A stretch of 32,724 nucleotides of DNA from Hydrogenothermus sp. (GTDB lineage: Bacteria > Aquificota > Aquificia > Aquificales > Hydrogenothermaceae). A model generated the notes under the pieces. The model was not told the origin of the DNA. It saw nothing but the letters and a program-made list of their open reading frames with translations, and made no database searches. The stretch is taken from assembly GCA_003978675.1 (NCBI GenBank), contig QNYP01000031.1, positions 1-32,724 of the forward strand, given 5' to 3'. Positions 8,237 through 17,554 of this stretch are shown here, one piece after another; the first letter of the stretch is position 1; every line of letters begins with the position of its first letter. The translations under genes and the position numbers were made by a program.

Positions 8237-9598
8237 TTATTCCTCCAAATTATATTGTTTTATTTTTCTATATAGAGAAGATAAATCTACTTCTAAAATT
8301 TTTGCTATTTCCTTTAAATTTTTATGTCCATATTTTTCTAGAGCTAATTTTATGGTTTCCTTCTCTGCTAGTTCTTTTACTTCTTTCAGTGGTCTTATTC
8401 CAAAACTTAGAGCAGTTTTTTTTGGTTTTTTACCAATTATATATTCTGGTAAATCATCTATTGTTATTAATTTATCGCTAAAAATACAAAGCCTTTCCAT
8501 AAGATTTTTTAGTTCTCTAACATTTCCTGGCCAAGGATATTTTAGAAATATTTTTTTTACCTCTTCTGAAATTTCCGGCACAGGCATTTTATTTTCTATA
8601 CATGATTTTTGTAAGAAATGTTTTGCAAGTAAAATAATATCTTCTCCCCTTTCTCTAAGAGGGGGAACTTTTAATGGGATAACAGAAAGCCTAAATGCTA
8701 AATCTTGTCTAAAATTCCCTTTCGCTATTTCTTCGTCTAAATTTTTGTTAGTTGCTGAAATTATTCTTATGTCTACTTTTATTTTTTGATTACTTCCTAG
8801 TCTAGAAAATGTTTTTTCTTCTAAAACTCTAAGTAGTTTTGCCTGTGCTCTTAAGCTAAGGTCTGCTACCTCATCTAAGAATAATGTTCCTCCATCTGCA
8901 ATTTCTAATTTCCCAGCTTTTCTTGAAACTGCATTTGTGAAAGCTCCTTTTTCATAACCGAAAAGTTCTGCTTCAAAAAGTTCATCTGGTATAGCAGCAC
9001 AATTTATGTCTACAAAAGGTTTATCTGCTCTATCTGAAAGGTAATGTATGGATTTTGCTACAAGTTCCTTACCTGTTCCATTTTCTCCAAGTATTAAAAC
9101 CCAAGCATTTGTTTTTGCTACCTTTTCTATCTGTCTTTTTAGTTTTTGTATTGGTAGACTGTTTCCAATTATTTCAATATCACTTTCTTGTTTTTGTTTT
9201 AAAAACTCAAACTCTAATTCTTTTTTGATTTCTTCTTCTGCTTTGTCTAAGACTGCAATAATTGCTTCTGTTGATAAGGGTTTTTCTAAAAAGTCATAAG
9301 CCCCAAGTTTTAATGCTTTTACCGCAATAGGTATATTTGCATGTCCTGAAATCATTATTATTTTTGTGTGGGGAGAAAGTTTTTTTATGTATTCTATAAC
9401 TGAAGTTCCTTCTCCATCAGGTAGCCATACATCTAAGAAAACTATATCAAAATCTTTTTCTTTTAGTTTTTCTTTTGTTTCTTGTACAGATGATGAAACT
9501 TCTACAAAGTATCCTTCATCTTCTAAAATATCATTTAGGAGTTGTTTTATATTTTCCTCATCATCAACAACAAGTATTGATAAATTTCTATTTCCCAT
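8237..9598 (-). CDS. NtrC/NtrX-type response regulator (REC, AAA+, Fis-HTH)
   Basis: VVDDE, FLDVWLP, GENGTGKE, GAFTNA, FLDEV, WPGNVRELKN. Confidence 0.93.
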   Translation of the reverse strand: MGNRNLSILVVDDEENIKQLLNDILEDEGYFVEVSSSVQETKEKLKEKDFDIVFLDVWLPDGEGTSVIEYIKKLSPHTKIIMISGHANIPIAVKALKLGAYDFLEKPLSTEAIIAVLDKAEEEIKKELEFEFLKQKQESDIEIIGNSLPIQKLKRQIEKVAKTNAWVLILGENGTGKELVAKSIHYLSDRADKPFVDINCAAIPDELFEAELFGYEKGAFTNAVSRKAGKLEIADGGTLFLDEVADLSLRAQAKLLRVLEEKTFSRLGSNQKIKVDIRIISATNKNLDEEIAKGNFRQDLAFRLSVIPLKVPPLRERGEDIILLAKHFLQKSCIENKMPVPEISEEVKKIFLKYPWPGNVRELKNLMERLCIFSDKLITIDDLPEYIIGKKPKKTALSFGIRPLKEVKELAEKETIKLALEKYGHKNLKEIAKILEVDLSSLYRKIKQYNLEE

Positions 9599-10664
9599 TT
9601 TTTATTTCTATTCTCCTTACTCTTTTTGAAATTCCACACATAATTTCATAAGGAATAGTTTGTGCCAATTTTGCTACATCTGCAAATTTTATTTCTTTAT
9701 CTTTTTGTTTTCCTATTATTACTACTTCATCACCGATTTTTACATCTATGTTTGATAGATCAACAATAGTCATATCCATTGTTATATTTCCAATTATTTT
9801 TGCTTTTTTTCCATTTATTAAAAAATATCCTTTGTTAGACAACAGTCTTGGTAAACCATCTGCATATCCAAAGGAAACTACACCTATTTTCATATTTTTA
9901 TCTGCAGTGAAACTTCCTGTATATGATACTTTTTCGCCTTTTTTTAAATTTTTTATAGATATCAATTTTGCTTTTATATACATAATATTATCTAGTTCTA
10001 CTGGAAAATCTTCATAGGGTTTTTCTCCATAGATAACTAATCCTATCCTAACTAGATTACAGAAATCACATTTATATGTTAGCCCTGCACTATTTTGAGA
10101 ATGAATGTACTTAGGGTATATATTTTTTGAATTTAAATTTTTCAAAATTTCGTAAAATTGTTTTATTTGATTTTCTGTATACTCATTGTCCACATCTGCA
10201 GAGGGAAAATGCGTCATAAAACCTTGTATATTCAAATCTTTTGTTAAATTTATAACTTTTTCCATATCTTCTTTGTAAAATCCAAGTCTATTCATTCCTG
10301 TATCAAATTTAAGATGAATAGTTTTATTTTTTAATTTATGTGCAAGCTTTAATTGATTAAAATCTGAGATTACAGGAATAAGATTGTATTTATTAAAACA
10401 TTCTAATTCTTCTTCTAAAATTCCCCCAAGAACTAAGATATCTTTTTTTATCCTGTTTTCTTTTAAAATTTTACCTTCTTCTGCCGTTGCAACTGCTAAA
10501 AATTTTATGTAAGGAATTTCTTCTAATGTTTTTGATATTAAAACTGCATCATGTCCATAAGCGTCTGCCTTTACAACAGCTATAATATCTTTTTTTACAA
10601 ATGAGTATACTTTTTTTACATTTTCTTTTAATTTATCTGTATAAATTTCTGCCCAGCTTCTTAT
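9588..10664 (-). CDS. alr: Alanine racemase (358 aa, apparent ATA start)
   Basis: Frame is open 123 codons upstream of ATG 10295 and encodes IRSWAEI...AVVKADAYGH (PLP lysine)...KFDTGMNRLG; GYADG, ITMDM and TIPYE motifs downstream. Confidence 0.9.
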   Translation of the reverse strand: MRSWAEIYTDKLKENVKKVYSFVKKDIIAVVKADAYGHDAVLISKTLEEIPYIKFLAVATAEEGKILKENRIKKDILVLGGILEEELECFNKYNLIPVISDFNQLKLAHKLKNKTIHLKFDTGMNRLGFYKEDMEKVINLTKDLNIQGFMTHFPSADVDNEYTENQIKQFYEILKNLNSKNIYPKYIHSQNSAGLTYKCDFCNLVRIGLVIYGEKPYEDFPVELDNIMYIKAKLISIKNLKKGEKVSYTGSFTADKNMKIGVVSFGYADGLPRLLSNKGYFLINGKKAKIIGNITMDMTIVDLSNIDVKIGDEVVIIGKQKDKEIKFADVAKLAQTIPYEIMCGISKRVRRIEIKNGK

Positions 10665-10701
10665 TTTTGTATCCCTTTTTATGGTTTTGTTAGTATTTTA
10701 A

Positions 10702-12960
10702 TTATATATGAAGGAAAGGTTCTATTTTAGCTTTTGCAATTTGACCAAGAGATAAACCTCCATCATTTGTAGGAACTTTTTTATGGAGCAAAACTGTAAT
10801 GTTTTCCTTTTCAGCTAATCTTAATATTTTTTCCGTTAGTGGTTTATTTTGAAAAACTCCTCCTGTTAATCCAAGTTTTAAGCCTCTGCCATACCGTTTG
10901 TAAGTTTCAATTACCATGTGAGCCAGTGTATTTATAAACTTTGTAATTTTCGTTGGGATATTGGATTTATCCTCTATTAACTCAATAAAAATAGGTTTCC
11001 AATTAATACTTTTATCTATTTCAAATGAATAGTAATCTTTTACACTCCAGTTATAAAAATTTTCCATAATCATTCCTGATTGTCCCTCATAGGAGAGGAT
11101 TTGCCTAATATCTAAAATTGAAGCAACTGCATCAAACAGTCTTCCTACAGATGAAGATAATGGGCTGTTTAATCCCTTTTGCCAAGTTTTGTATAAAAGC
11201 TCTATCTCTTTTTGTTTAAAGGCTTTAACAGTTGGAATATCAGGTAAGTTTCCTCCAAAAATTTCAAAAAGTATAGATAAAGCAACTCTTCTTGGTTGTT
11301 TAACAGCCTTTTCTCCACCAATTAACTTGAAATAATTAAAGTGAGAAACTCTCTCATATCCTCTATAATCCGCTATTAAAAACTCTCCTCCCCATAAATT
11401 GCCATCTTCTCCGTAGCCTGTCCCATCCCAGCAAACAGCAAAAATAGGCTCATCTTTGATTTGGTTTTCTGCCATCAAGGAGAGAGCATGGGTATAATGG
11501 TGCTGTAGGCTAATTAATGAAATATTGTTTTCTTCTGCAAATTTTTTGGCCCACTGTGTAGAGTAATATCGTGGGTGCAAGTCTGAGACTACAACCTCAG
11601 GTTTAAAATCGTAAAGCTCAAAAAGTGAGTATATAATTTCTTCAAAATTTTTACAGGCATCAACAGTTTCAAGGTCTCCAATATGCTGACTGAGAAAAGC
11701 TTTATCGTCAAAGGCTATAGCTACTGTATTCTTCTGATGTCCTCCAACGCCGAGAATTTTTTTATTCAGTTTAAATGGTAGTTTTATAGGAAGTGGTGCA
11801 TAGCCCCTTGAACGACGAATAAAAGATAGTTTTTTATCTATTATCCTAACTACACTATCGTCAACTCTGTTTTTTATATCCCTATTGTGGATAAGAATAT
11901 AATCTGTGAAGATTGACAGTTTATCAAAAGCCTCTTCGTTGTCCTTTACAATTGGCTCATCAGATAGATTTGCAGATGTCATTACAAGGGGTTTCCCAAA
12001 ATCTTCTAAAAGTAGATGGTGAAGTGGTGAATAGGGTAGAAACACACCAATTCTATCTAAATAGGGTGCTATTTCTTTACTTAAATCTGTTCCTTCTTTT
12101 GCTTTTACAACTACTATAGGTCTTTCTGGAGATAGAATTATTGCCTCTTCAAAATCTGAAATCTGAGTATACTCCTTTATTTGATTAATATCTTTAAACA
12201 TTACAGCAAAGGGCTTTTCACCTCTTCTTTTTCTTTTTCTTAATATTTTTATGGTCTTATCGTTGCTAGCATCACATACTAAATGAAATCCACCAATTCC
12301 CTTAATTGCAAGGATTTTTCCCTCTTTTAAAAGAGCTACTGTGTCTTTTAAAGCCTGCTGTTTTTCTGATACAAGTTTTTTATCTGAAGTATAAAGAGTT
12401 ATGTAAGGTCCGCAAACAGGACAGGCATTTGGTTGAGCGTGAAATCTTCTATTATTTGGGTTATTGTATTCACTTTCACAGTCTAAGCACATTTTAAACT
12501 TTTTCATTGTTGTATTTGGTCTATCATAAGGCAGTTTTTCAATAATAGTAAAACGGGGTCCACAATTAGTGCAGTTTATAAATGGGTATCTGTATCTTCG
12601 GTTTTTCGGGTTATTAAGCTCCTTCAAACATTCTTTACAGGTTGAAATATCAGGTAGGATAAAAACCTCTTTTTTTCCTTTACTTTTTGAGCTTCTTATC
12701 TCAAAATCTTTAAACTCTGTTAGTGGAAGTTCCTCTATTTCCTGTGAAAATATATGGGCAAGTGGTGGCTTTTCTGTATGTAGTGAGATTAAAAACTGAT
12801 TTATATCCTTTTCTTCTCCTTGTATTTCAATAACAACTCCATAAGTATCATTTATCACATATCCTTTTAGATTTAACTTCTTAGCAAGATTATAAACAAA
12901 AGGTCTAAAACCTACTCCCTGAACCGCACCTGTAAGATGAATTTTTAATCTTTTTTCCAA
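10702..12960 (-). CDS. hypF: Carbamoyltransferase HypF
   Basis: GAVQGVGFRPF, CxxC zinc fingers, RRFHAQPNAC, KGIGGFHL, DGTGYG, PTNDGGLSLGQ; TTG start. Confidence 0.97.
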   Translation of the reverse strand: MEKRLKIHLTGAVQGVGFRPFVYNLAKKLNLKGYVINDTYGVVIEIQGEEKDINQFLISLHTEKPPLAHIFSQEIEELPLTEFKDFEIRSSKSKGKKEVFILPDISTCKECLKELNNPKNRRYRYPFINCTNCGPRFTIIEKLPYDRPNTTMKKFKMCLDCESEYNNPNNRRFHAQPNACPVCGPYITLYTSDKKLVSEKQQALKDTVALLKEGKILAIKGIGGFHLVCDASNDKTIKILRKRKRRGEKPFAVMFKDINQIKEYTQISDFEEAIILSPERPIVVVKAKEGTDLSKEIAPYLDRIGVFLPYSPLHHLLLEDFGKPLVMTSANLSDEPIVKDNEEAFDKLSIFTDYILIHNRDIKNRVDDSVVRIIDKKLSFIRRSRGYAPLPIKLPFKLNKKILGVGGHQKNTVAIAFDDKAFLSQHIGDLETVDACKNFEEIIYSLFELYDFKPEVVVSDLHPRYYSTQWAKKFAEENNISLISLQHHYTHALSLMAENQIKDEPIFAVCWDGTGYGEDGNLWGGEFLIADYRGYERVSHFNYFKLIGGEKAVKQPRRVALSILFEIFGGNLPDIPTVKAFKQKEIELLYKTWQKGLNSPLSSSVGRLFDAVASILDIRQILSYEGQSGMIMENFYNWSVKDYYSFEIDKSINWKPIFIELIEDKSNIPTKITKFINTLAHMVIETYKRYGRGLKLGLTGGVFQNKPLTEKILRLAEKENITVLLHKKVPTNDGGLSLGQIAKAKIEPFLHI

Positions 12961-12969
12961 AGTTTTCCT

Positions 12970-13746
12970 CTAAAAATCATGTGTATGGTAATGTCTATGT
13001 TCTAATTTGCCATGTCTGTGTCTGTGAATGTGGACTAAACCAGCCTTTTTTAACATTTCAATATCTTTAATAAACTCTTCAAGATTTCCATCATATATTA
13101 TCTGGTGGTCTTCTGACAATACAAGTCCCCTATCTCCAAGCTCTAAAGATAAACTTAAATTATGTGTTGTTATGATAGTCGTTAAATTAAGCTCATATAA
13201 AAAATCTATAAGCCACCCGGTAGTTTTTGGGTCTAAGTTTGCTGTTGGCTCATCAAGTAGTAAAACTTCAGGCTCTAAAATTAGAAGTGCAGCAAGGCAT
13301 ACTTTCTGCTTTTCTCCGCCACTTAGATTAAACGGTGGTTCATTTAAGTATTTATAAACTCCAAGCTTATCTGCCCAGTATTTTACCTTCTCATCAATAT
13401 CTTCCTTTTTATCTCCAAGCTGTCTCAATCCAAAAGCTATCTCATCGTAAACTGTAGGATTAAATATCATACTGTCTGGGTTTTGAAATAAAAACACAAC
13501 TTCTTTTCTAAACTTTCTGTTAAACTCCTTATTTTTTAACTGTTTTTTGTTAATCTCTACCCCTTTGTAAAAATACTTTCCCTTTTGAGGAAACAAAAGC
13601 CCATTTATTATTTTTAAAAGGGTAGATTTACCACTTCCATTTATTCCAAGTAAAACAACTTTCTCTTTCTCTTTGACTTTAAAGGTTATATCTTTTAATA
13701 GCTCATTATTGTTGTATTTAAAATAAACATTTTTTAACTCAATCAT
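12970..13746 (-). CDS. nikO: ECF transporter ATPase (NikO/CbiO) with His-rich tail
   Basis: GINGSGKST, FQNPD, LSGGEKQ, DEPTANLD; C-terminal HIHRHRHGKLEHRHYHTH. Confidence 0.88.
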   Translation of the reverse strand: MIELKNVYFKYNNNELLKDITFKVKEKEKVVLLGINGSGKSTLLKIINGLLFPQKGKYFYKGVEINKKQLKNKEFNRKFRKEVVFLFQNPDSMIFNPTVYDEIAFGLRQLGDKKEDIDEKVKYWADKLGVYKYLNEPPFNLSGGEKQKVCLAALLILEPEVLLLDEPTANLDPKTTGWLIDFLYELNLTTIITTHNLSLSLELGDRGLVLSEDHQIIYDGNLEEFIKDIEMLKKAGLVHIHRHRHGKLEHRHYHTHDF

Positions 13747-14290
13747 TGAAAAAGCCCCTTGACTTCATTCCCTGTGAAATTTCTTTAGAGTTGTTTATTG
13801 ATTTATTAAAAAAATAAAAAAACATACTTGAAACAAAATTATAGCTATCTGATAGTTTAGGTTTATTTAGAAGTCTACTTTCTAATGCAAATTTAAAATC
13901 CTCTAAATATTTTTTGAAGGTTAAAATCTGAGTGTAAGATAAAACTAATATATATGAAAGGGTTTTAGAAAATGATAAAGCTTTAAAGAGGTTTACTTTT
14001 GATATAAATAAAAATGTTAGAAAAGTGATACTGAAAACCCTTAAATTTATTAAAAGTATATAGTCTATCCAGCTAATATCTTTATAAATTGCATAGCCTA
14101 TATAGGAAATTGTTATAAAGGAGTTAAAAATCAGTATAGCTTTTAAGGTTTTTTTTACTATTTTAGAAAACTGTCTTCCTGACAGAATAAACAGGATAAC
14201 TATAGAACCTATAAAAAAGTATACATTGTGAATAGAAGTTAAAAATATTACACCAATAATATAAAAAGCAAAAAGAATTTTTTCTTTCAT
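13739..14290 (-). CDS. nikQ: ECF transporter T component (NikQ/CbiQ)
   Basis: Hydrophobic, ALESR and GMKSRGF motifs, lies between the M and O genes. Confidence 0.85.
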   Translation of the reverse strand: MKEKILFAFYIIGVIFLTSIHNVYFFIGSIVILFILSGRQFSKIVKKTLKAILIFNSFITISYIGYAIYKDISWIDYILLINLRVFSITFLTFLFISKVNLFKALSFSKTLSYILVLSYTQILTFKKYLEDFKFALESRLLNKPKLSDSYNFVSSMFFYFFNKSINNSKEISQGMKSRGFFND

Positions 14291-14293
14291 CTC

Positions 14294-14956
14294 TTAATTT
14301 TCCATTCCAAGTGGTTTGTGAGCTTTAACTTTTTCAATAAATTTAACAACAATCAGTGTGAATATTCCTTCAATAACTCCAAAATAAAGTATATGAGAAC
14401 CTAATAATGCAGGAACAGTTATTGAAATATCAAATGGAAAGTATAAAGGTTTTCCACTACCATCATGGGCAATTATAGGCTGAATACCAAGGATAATAGC
14501 AAAGAATAAAGAAGCTACAACTATTGAAATCCATCCAGAGATAAACAGGGCAATATTTTTATTTATTCTATTCAAAAATTTATATGTAAAGCACGCTACA
14601 AAAGAAGCGATGAAACCCATTCCTAAAGAGTTAACAGACCAAGCAGTTATACCACCATCTCCAAAAATTAGAGACTGTATAATTAGAACAAAACTTATAG
14701 ATACAAAAGCTATCCATGGGTTAAATAATATTGATAAAACTGCCGTCCCTATTGCATGTCCACTTGTTCCGCCGGGAATAGGGATATTTATCATCATTGC
14801 TAAAAATGATAATGCTGTTAATGTCGCAATAAAAGGAAATGTCTCTTCATTTAAGTTTTCTCTTAGGTTTTTTATTCCATATGCTAAAAGTGGAATACTT
14901 ACTGCGTAAGCAGAAATATATGTTTGAGGAGAAAGGTATCCATCAGGAATATGCAT
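14294..14956 (-). CDS. nikM: ECF Ni/Co substrate-binding component (NikM type)
   Basis: N-terminal MHIPDGYLS, GTSGH, GDGGITA. Confidence 0.9.
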   Translation of the reverse strand: MHIPDGYLSPQTYISAYAVSIPLLAYGIKNLRENLNEETFPFIATLTALSFLAMMINIPIPGGTSGHAIGTAVLSILFNPWIAFVSISFVLIIQSLIFGDGGITAWSVNSLGMGFIASFVACFTYKFLNRINKNIALFISGWISIVVASLFFAIILGIQPIIAHDGSGKPLYFPFDISITVPALLGSHILYFGVIEGIFTLIVVKFIEKVKAHKPLGMEN

Positions 14957-14989
14957 TTTAATCCTCTAACTTATAAAGTATCGGCTATT

Positions 14990-15018
14990 AATATAATGAA
15001 TGAGCATTCATCTGTCAA
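14990..15018 (-). promoter_or_regulatory. Internal sigma70 promoter for nikMQO-hypF with operator in the spacer (site 2)
   Basis: TTGACA (15018-15013), 17 bp, TATATT (14995-14990); AATGAAT-gagc-ATTCATC at 14995-15012. Confidence 0.8.
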
Positions 15019-15041
15019 TTTAGCCTACTCTACTGTTTTTC

Positions 15042-16028
15042 TTAAAATAATGTTGAAAATGTAAATATAATTCTGTATTTCTCTTTTCCTTCTGCTCCTT
15101 GCTGTAAACTTTCCTCATTTAGGTTTGTCCATGTAGGAATTTTAACTCCTGCACCGAAACTAATAGTATTGTAATAAGCTCTAAATCCATATAGTGTGTA
15201 AATAATATCTCCTCCTGTTGCTTGTAGACCTATCCCATTTTCCTTATCTCTACCTAAGTTTAAATAGTTAATTTCAAAATCTAAGTCTAATCTGAATTTA
15301 TTTTTCACTGAAGAATATATTTTATAAGTAAATGCAGTGTTTATCCTAAACTCATCTCCAAATTTATATTTAACTTTATTTTCATATTCATACTCAAAGA
15401 ACTTTAAATAATTAATATCAAAAATTAGTGTAAAGTTTTCTGTAAATTGTTTTGTTGCTGAAAATCCTAGAAGTGTTGTAGGTTTACCAAAACCTATAGA
15501 CATTCCCGGGTCAATATTTCCATCTTTGTCTTTCATATTAGGATTTCCTGTAGGAAGTGTAAAACCTCCATAAATCGTAAAGTGCCAATCCATAAGGTCA
15601 TCTAAACTTTCCATTTCAGGAATAAGTTGAAAACCATCATCATATTTAAAACCTAAAACAGCCATTAAAGATACATCTCCAAAGTTTGCTGTATTATAAG
15701 AGTTGTCCTCTAATTTTTTTACATCATAAGGTAAGAAAAGATATAAAGATAAATAAGATTTCAAACCGTATCCTAGTCCATACATCCAAAAAGTATAACT
15801 GTCTGTTTCGTTATCTCTTTGTGGGGTATATTTTTTAAATTTTGCATAGTCTAATTTCAAATAACCTAAAAATTTACCTTCAGGTAATGTTAAAGAAGAA
15901 GATGTTTCCAAAGGAGAACCAGGTCCTTCTAAACCAGCTGTTCCTAAAGAGGCAACTCCATGATGTGCATAAACAACCCCATAACTAGCTAGTGAAAATG
16001 CTAGAATTAATTCATTCAGTTTTTTCAA
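15042..16028 (-). CDS. Putative outer-membrane beta-barrel (SphA/phenol-MetA-like transporter), mature N-terminus HHG
   Basis: Signal peptide ending VYA, alternating aromatic beta strands, FGDVSL and TLPTG motifs, C-terminal Phe. Confidence 0.7.
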   Translation of the reverse strand: MKKLNELILAFSLASYGVVYAHHGVASLGTAGLEGPGSPLETSSSLTLPEGKFLGYLKLDYAKFKKYTPQRDNETDSYTFWMYGLGYGLKSYLSLYLFLPYDVKKLEDNSYNTANFGDVSLMAVLGFKYDDGFQLIPEMESLDDLMDWHFTIYGGFTLPTGNPNMKDKDGNIDPGMSIGFGKPTTLLGFSATKQFTENFTLIFDINYLKFFEYEYENKVKYKFGDEFRINTAFTYKIYSSVKNKFRLDLDFEINYLNLGRDKENGIGLQATGGDIIYTLYGFRAYYNTISFGAGVKIPTWTNLNEESLQQGAEGKEKYRIIFTFSTLF

Positions 16029-16446
16029 CTCTTTTCCTCCTAGCTGATAAATATAAAAGCCAATATATTAAAAGAATAATAAGAACACCTATAAATATTT
16101 TTAACAAATAACCAAACTGATTTTGGCTTTCACTAACCTTTGATAAATCATCAATATATATCTTTTTTATAATTCCATGCCCGTCTTCAGAAAAAGCTTT
16201 TACAGTCCAGTATCCAACTTTATTTGGTATAAATGTAATTCTTCCATATTTATCAGTTCTTCCAACCTGATATGGAATTTTAGTATTATCTGGAGCATAA
16301 ATTTCAAACTTTTCATAAGAAAAAGGAGTTCCATCTGCAAAAAATATTTTTATTACAACTGCATTTTTATGACTGACTTTATATTGAACACTATGTGCAA
16401 AAGAAAAGTGAATTATTAAAAAAAATACAAATATAAAACGGAACAT
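16012..16446 (-). CDS. Exported, C-terminally anchored Ni-transport accessory protein (NikL/CbiL-like)
   Basis: Signal peptide SFA-H, GRTDKYG..F.P...G.W.V...DGH, C-terminal TM. Confidence 0.7.
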   Translation of the reverse strand: MFRFIFVFFLIIHFSFAHSVQYKVSHKNAVVIKIFFADGTPFSYEKFEIYAPDNTKIPYQVGRTDKYGRITFIPNKVGYWTVKAFSEDGHGIIKKIYIDDLSKVSESQNQFGYLLKIFIGVLIILLIYWLLYLSARRKRVEKTE

Positions 16447-16451
16447 TTCTT

Positions 16452-17141
16452 TTATTTAACCTCAAAATTTAAAGTGGTTGTATAAATAACCTCATCTGTC
16501 TTTTCTGAATTAACTTTTTCCCTATAAGTTGCCTCTATTAACTGGAGGCCTTTGTGTTTTATTCTTATGTTTATTCTCCCATGGCTATCAGTTATACCTC
16601 TAACCTTTCCATCATATGCTACTGGGATGTTTTTTGCTGGCTTACCATTAAAAGTTATGAGAAGTCTAATTTTATCCCCTTCTTGTAATTTTAAAGGATT
16701 ATTTACTGGAATTATATCCAACTTTTTTGTAAAGGATTTTTCTAAATTTTTACTCCATAGATTTATCCTTTTAACACTTTCGTAAGATAACCAGCTTTTT
16801 ATAGGAGTATCAATTTGGTTTTTGGGTTTATTAATAGTTCCATAAGGTGTTTTAGTCCAATATCCACTTGAAATATCAACATATATAGTTGCACAATTTT
16901 TATTTATTACCAATGGATATTCTTTTTTTACATCTATTTCTATTTTATTTCCATCTTTATCTATACATTTTACAGATTGAATATTTTCAGGATTGTATTT
17001 TATAAGCTTTTTTCCACCATGAGATGAGTATTTATGACCGTAATATAGAACATATTTATCTTGAGACTTTTCTATCCATAAATCGTGAGCATAAACTAAT
17101 GAAAAATATAGCCATATTATAACTAATAGCCTATTTAACAT
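16452..17141 (-). CDS. Periplasmic DUF4198/NikK-like protein; start probably 17141
   Basis: GAGGTAGG SD before ATG 17141; signal peptide VYA-HDLWI, YYGH, LDIIP..NP, TDSHG. Confidence 0.75.
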   Translation of the reverse strand: MLNRLLVIIWLYFSLVYAHDLWIEKSQDKYVLYYGHKYSSHGGKKLIKYNPENIQSVKCIDKDGNKIEIDVKKEYPLVINKNCATIYVDISSGYWTKTPYGTINKPKNQIDTPIKSWLSYESVKRINLWSKNLEKSFTKKLDIIPVNNPLKLQEGDKIRLLITFNGKPAKNIPVAYDGKVRGITDSHGRINIRIKHKGLQLIEATYREKVNSEKTDEVIYTTTLNFEVK

Positions 17142-17202
17142 GCCTACCTCACTTTTATAGTTTAAATTTGAATATTTTACTATCATGAAAGATTAAAGAA
17201 CA

Positions 17203-17553
17203 TTATTTATCAACATCTAACTCTAAGCTCATTAAATACATATCTTCTCCATCTAGTATTTGCAGATTATAGCCATTGCAAAAAGGACAGATAAATTTGT
17301 TATTCTCAACTGTAAAATCCTTATTACAGTCTTCACATTTTGCTATCACATCTTGAATTATCATTTCTAACTTTGCATTTTCGCAAATTGTTTTTTCTTT
17401 AAAAGTATCAAAAGCAATTTTCAAAAGATGAGGTTCTATTCCTGACATTTTACCAATTTTAATTATTACTTTAGAAACAGATTTAGCTTTATTTTCTAAA
17501 GCATGTTTTTCTATTAAATCCAATAAGCTTTGGACTACTGAAAATTCGTGCAT
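17203..17553 (-). CDS. hypA: Hydrogenase nickel chaperone HypA
   Basis: MHEFS, CEDC and CPFC. Confidence 0.97.
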   Translation of the reverse strand: MHEFSVVQSLLDLIEKHALENKAKSVSKVIIKIGKMSGIEPHLLKIAFDTFKEKTICENAKLEMIIQDVIAKCEDCNKDFTVENNKFICPFCNGYNLQILDGEDMYLMSLELDVDK

Positions 17554-17554
17554 T

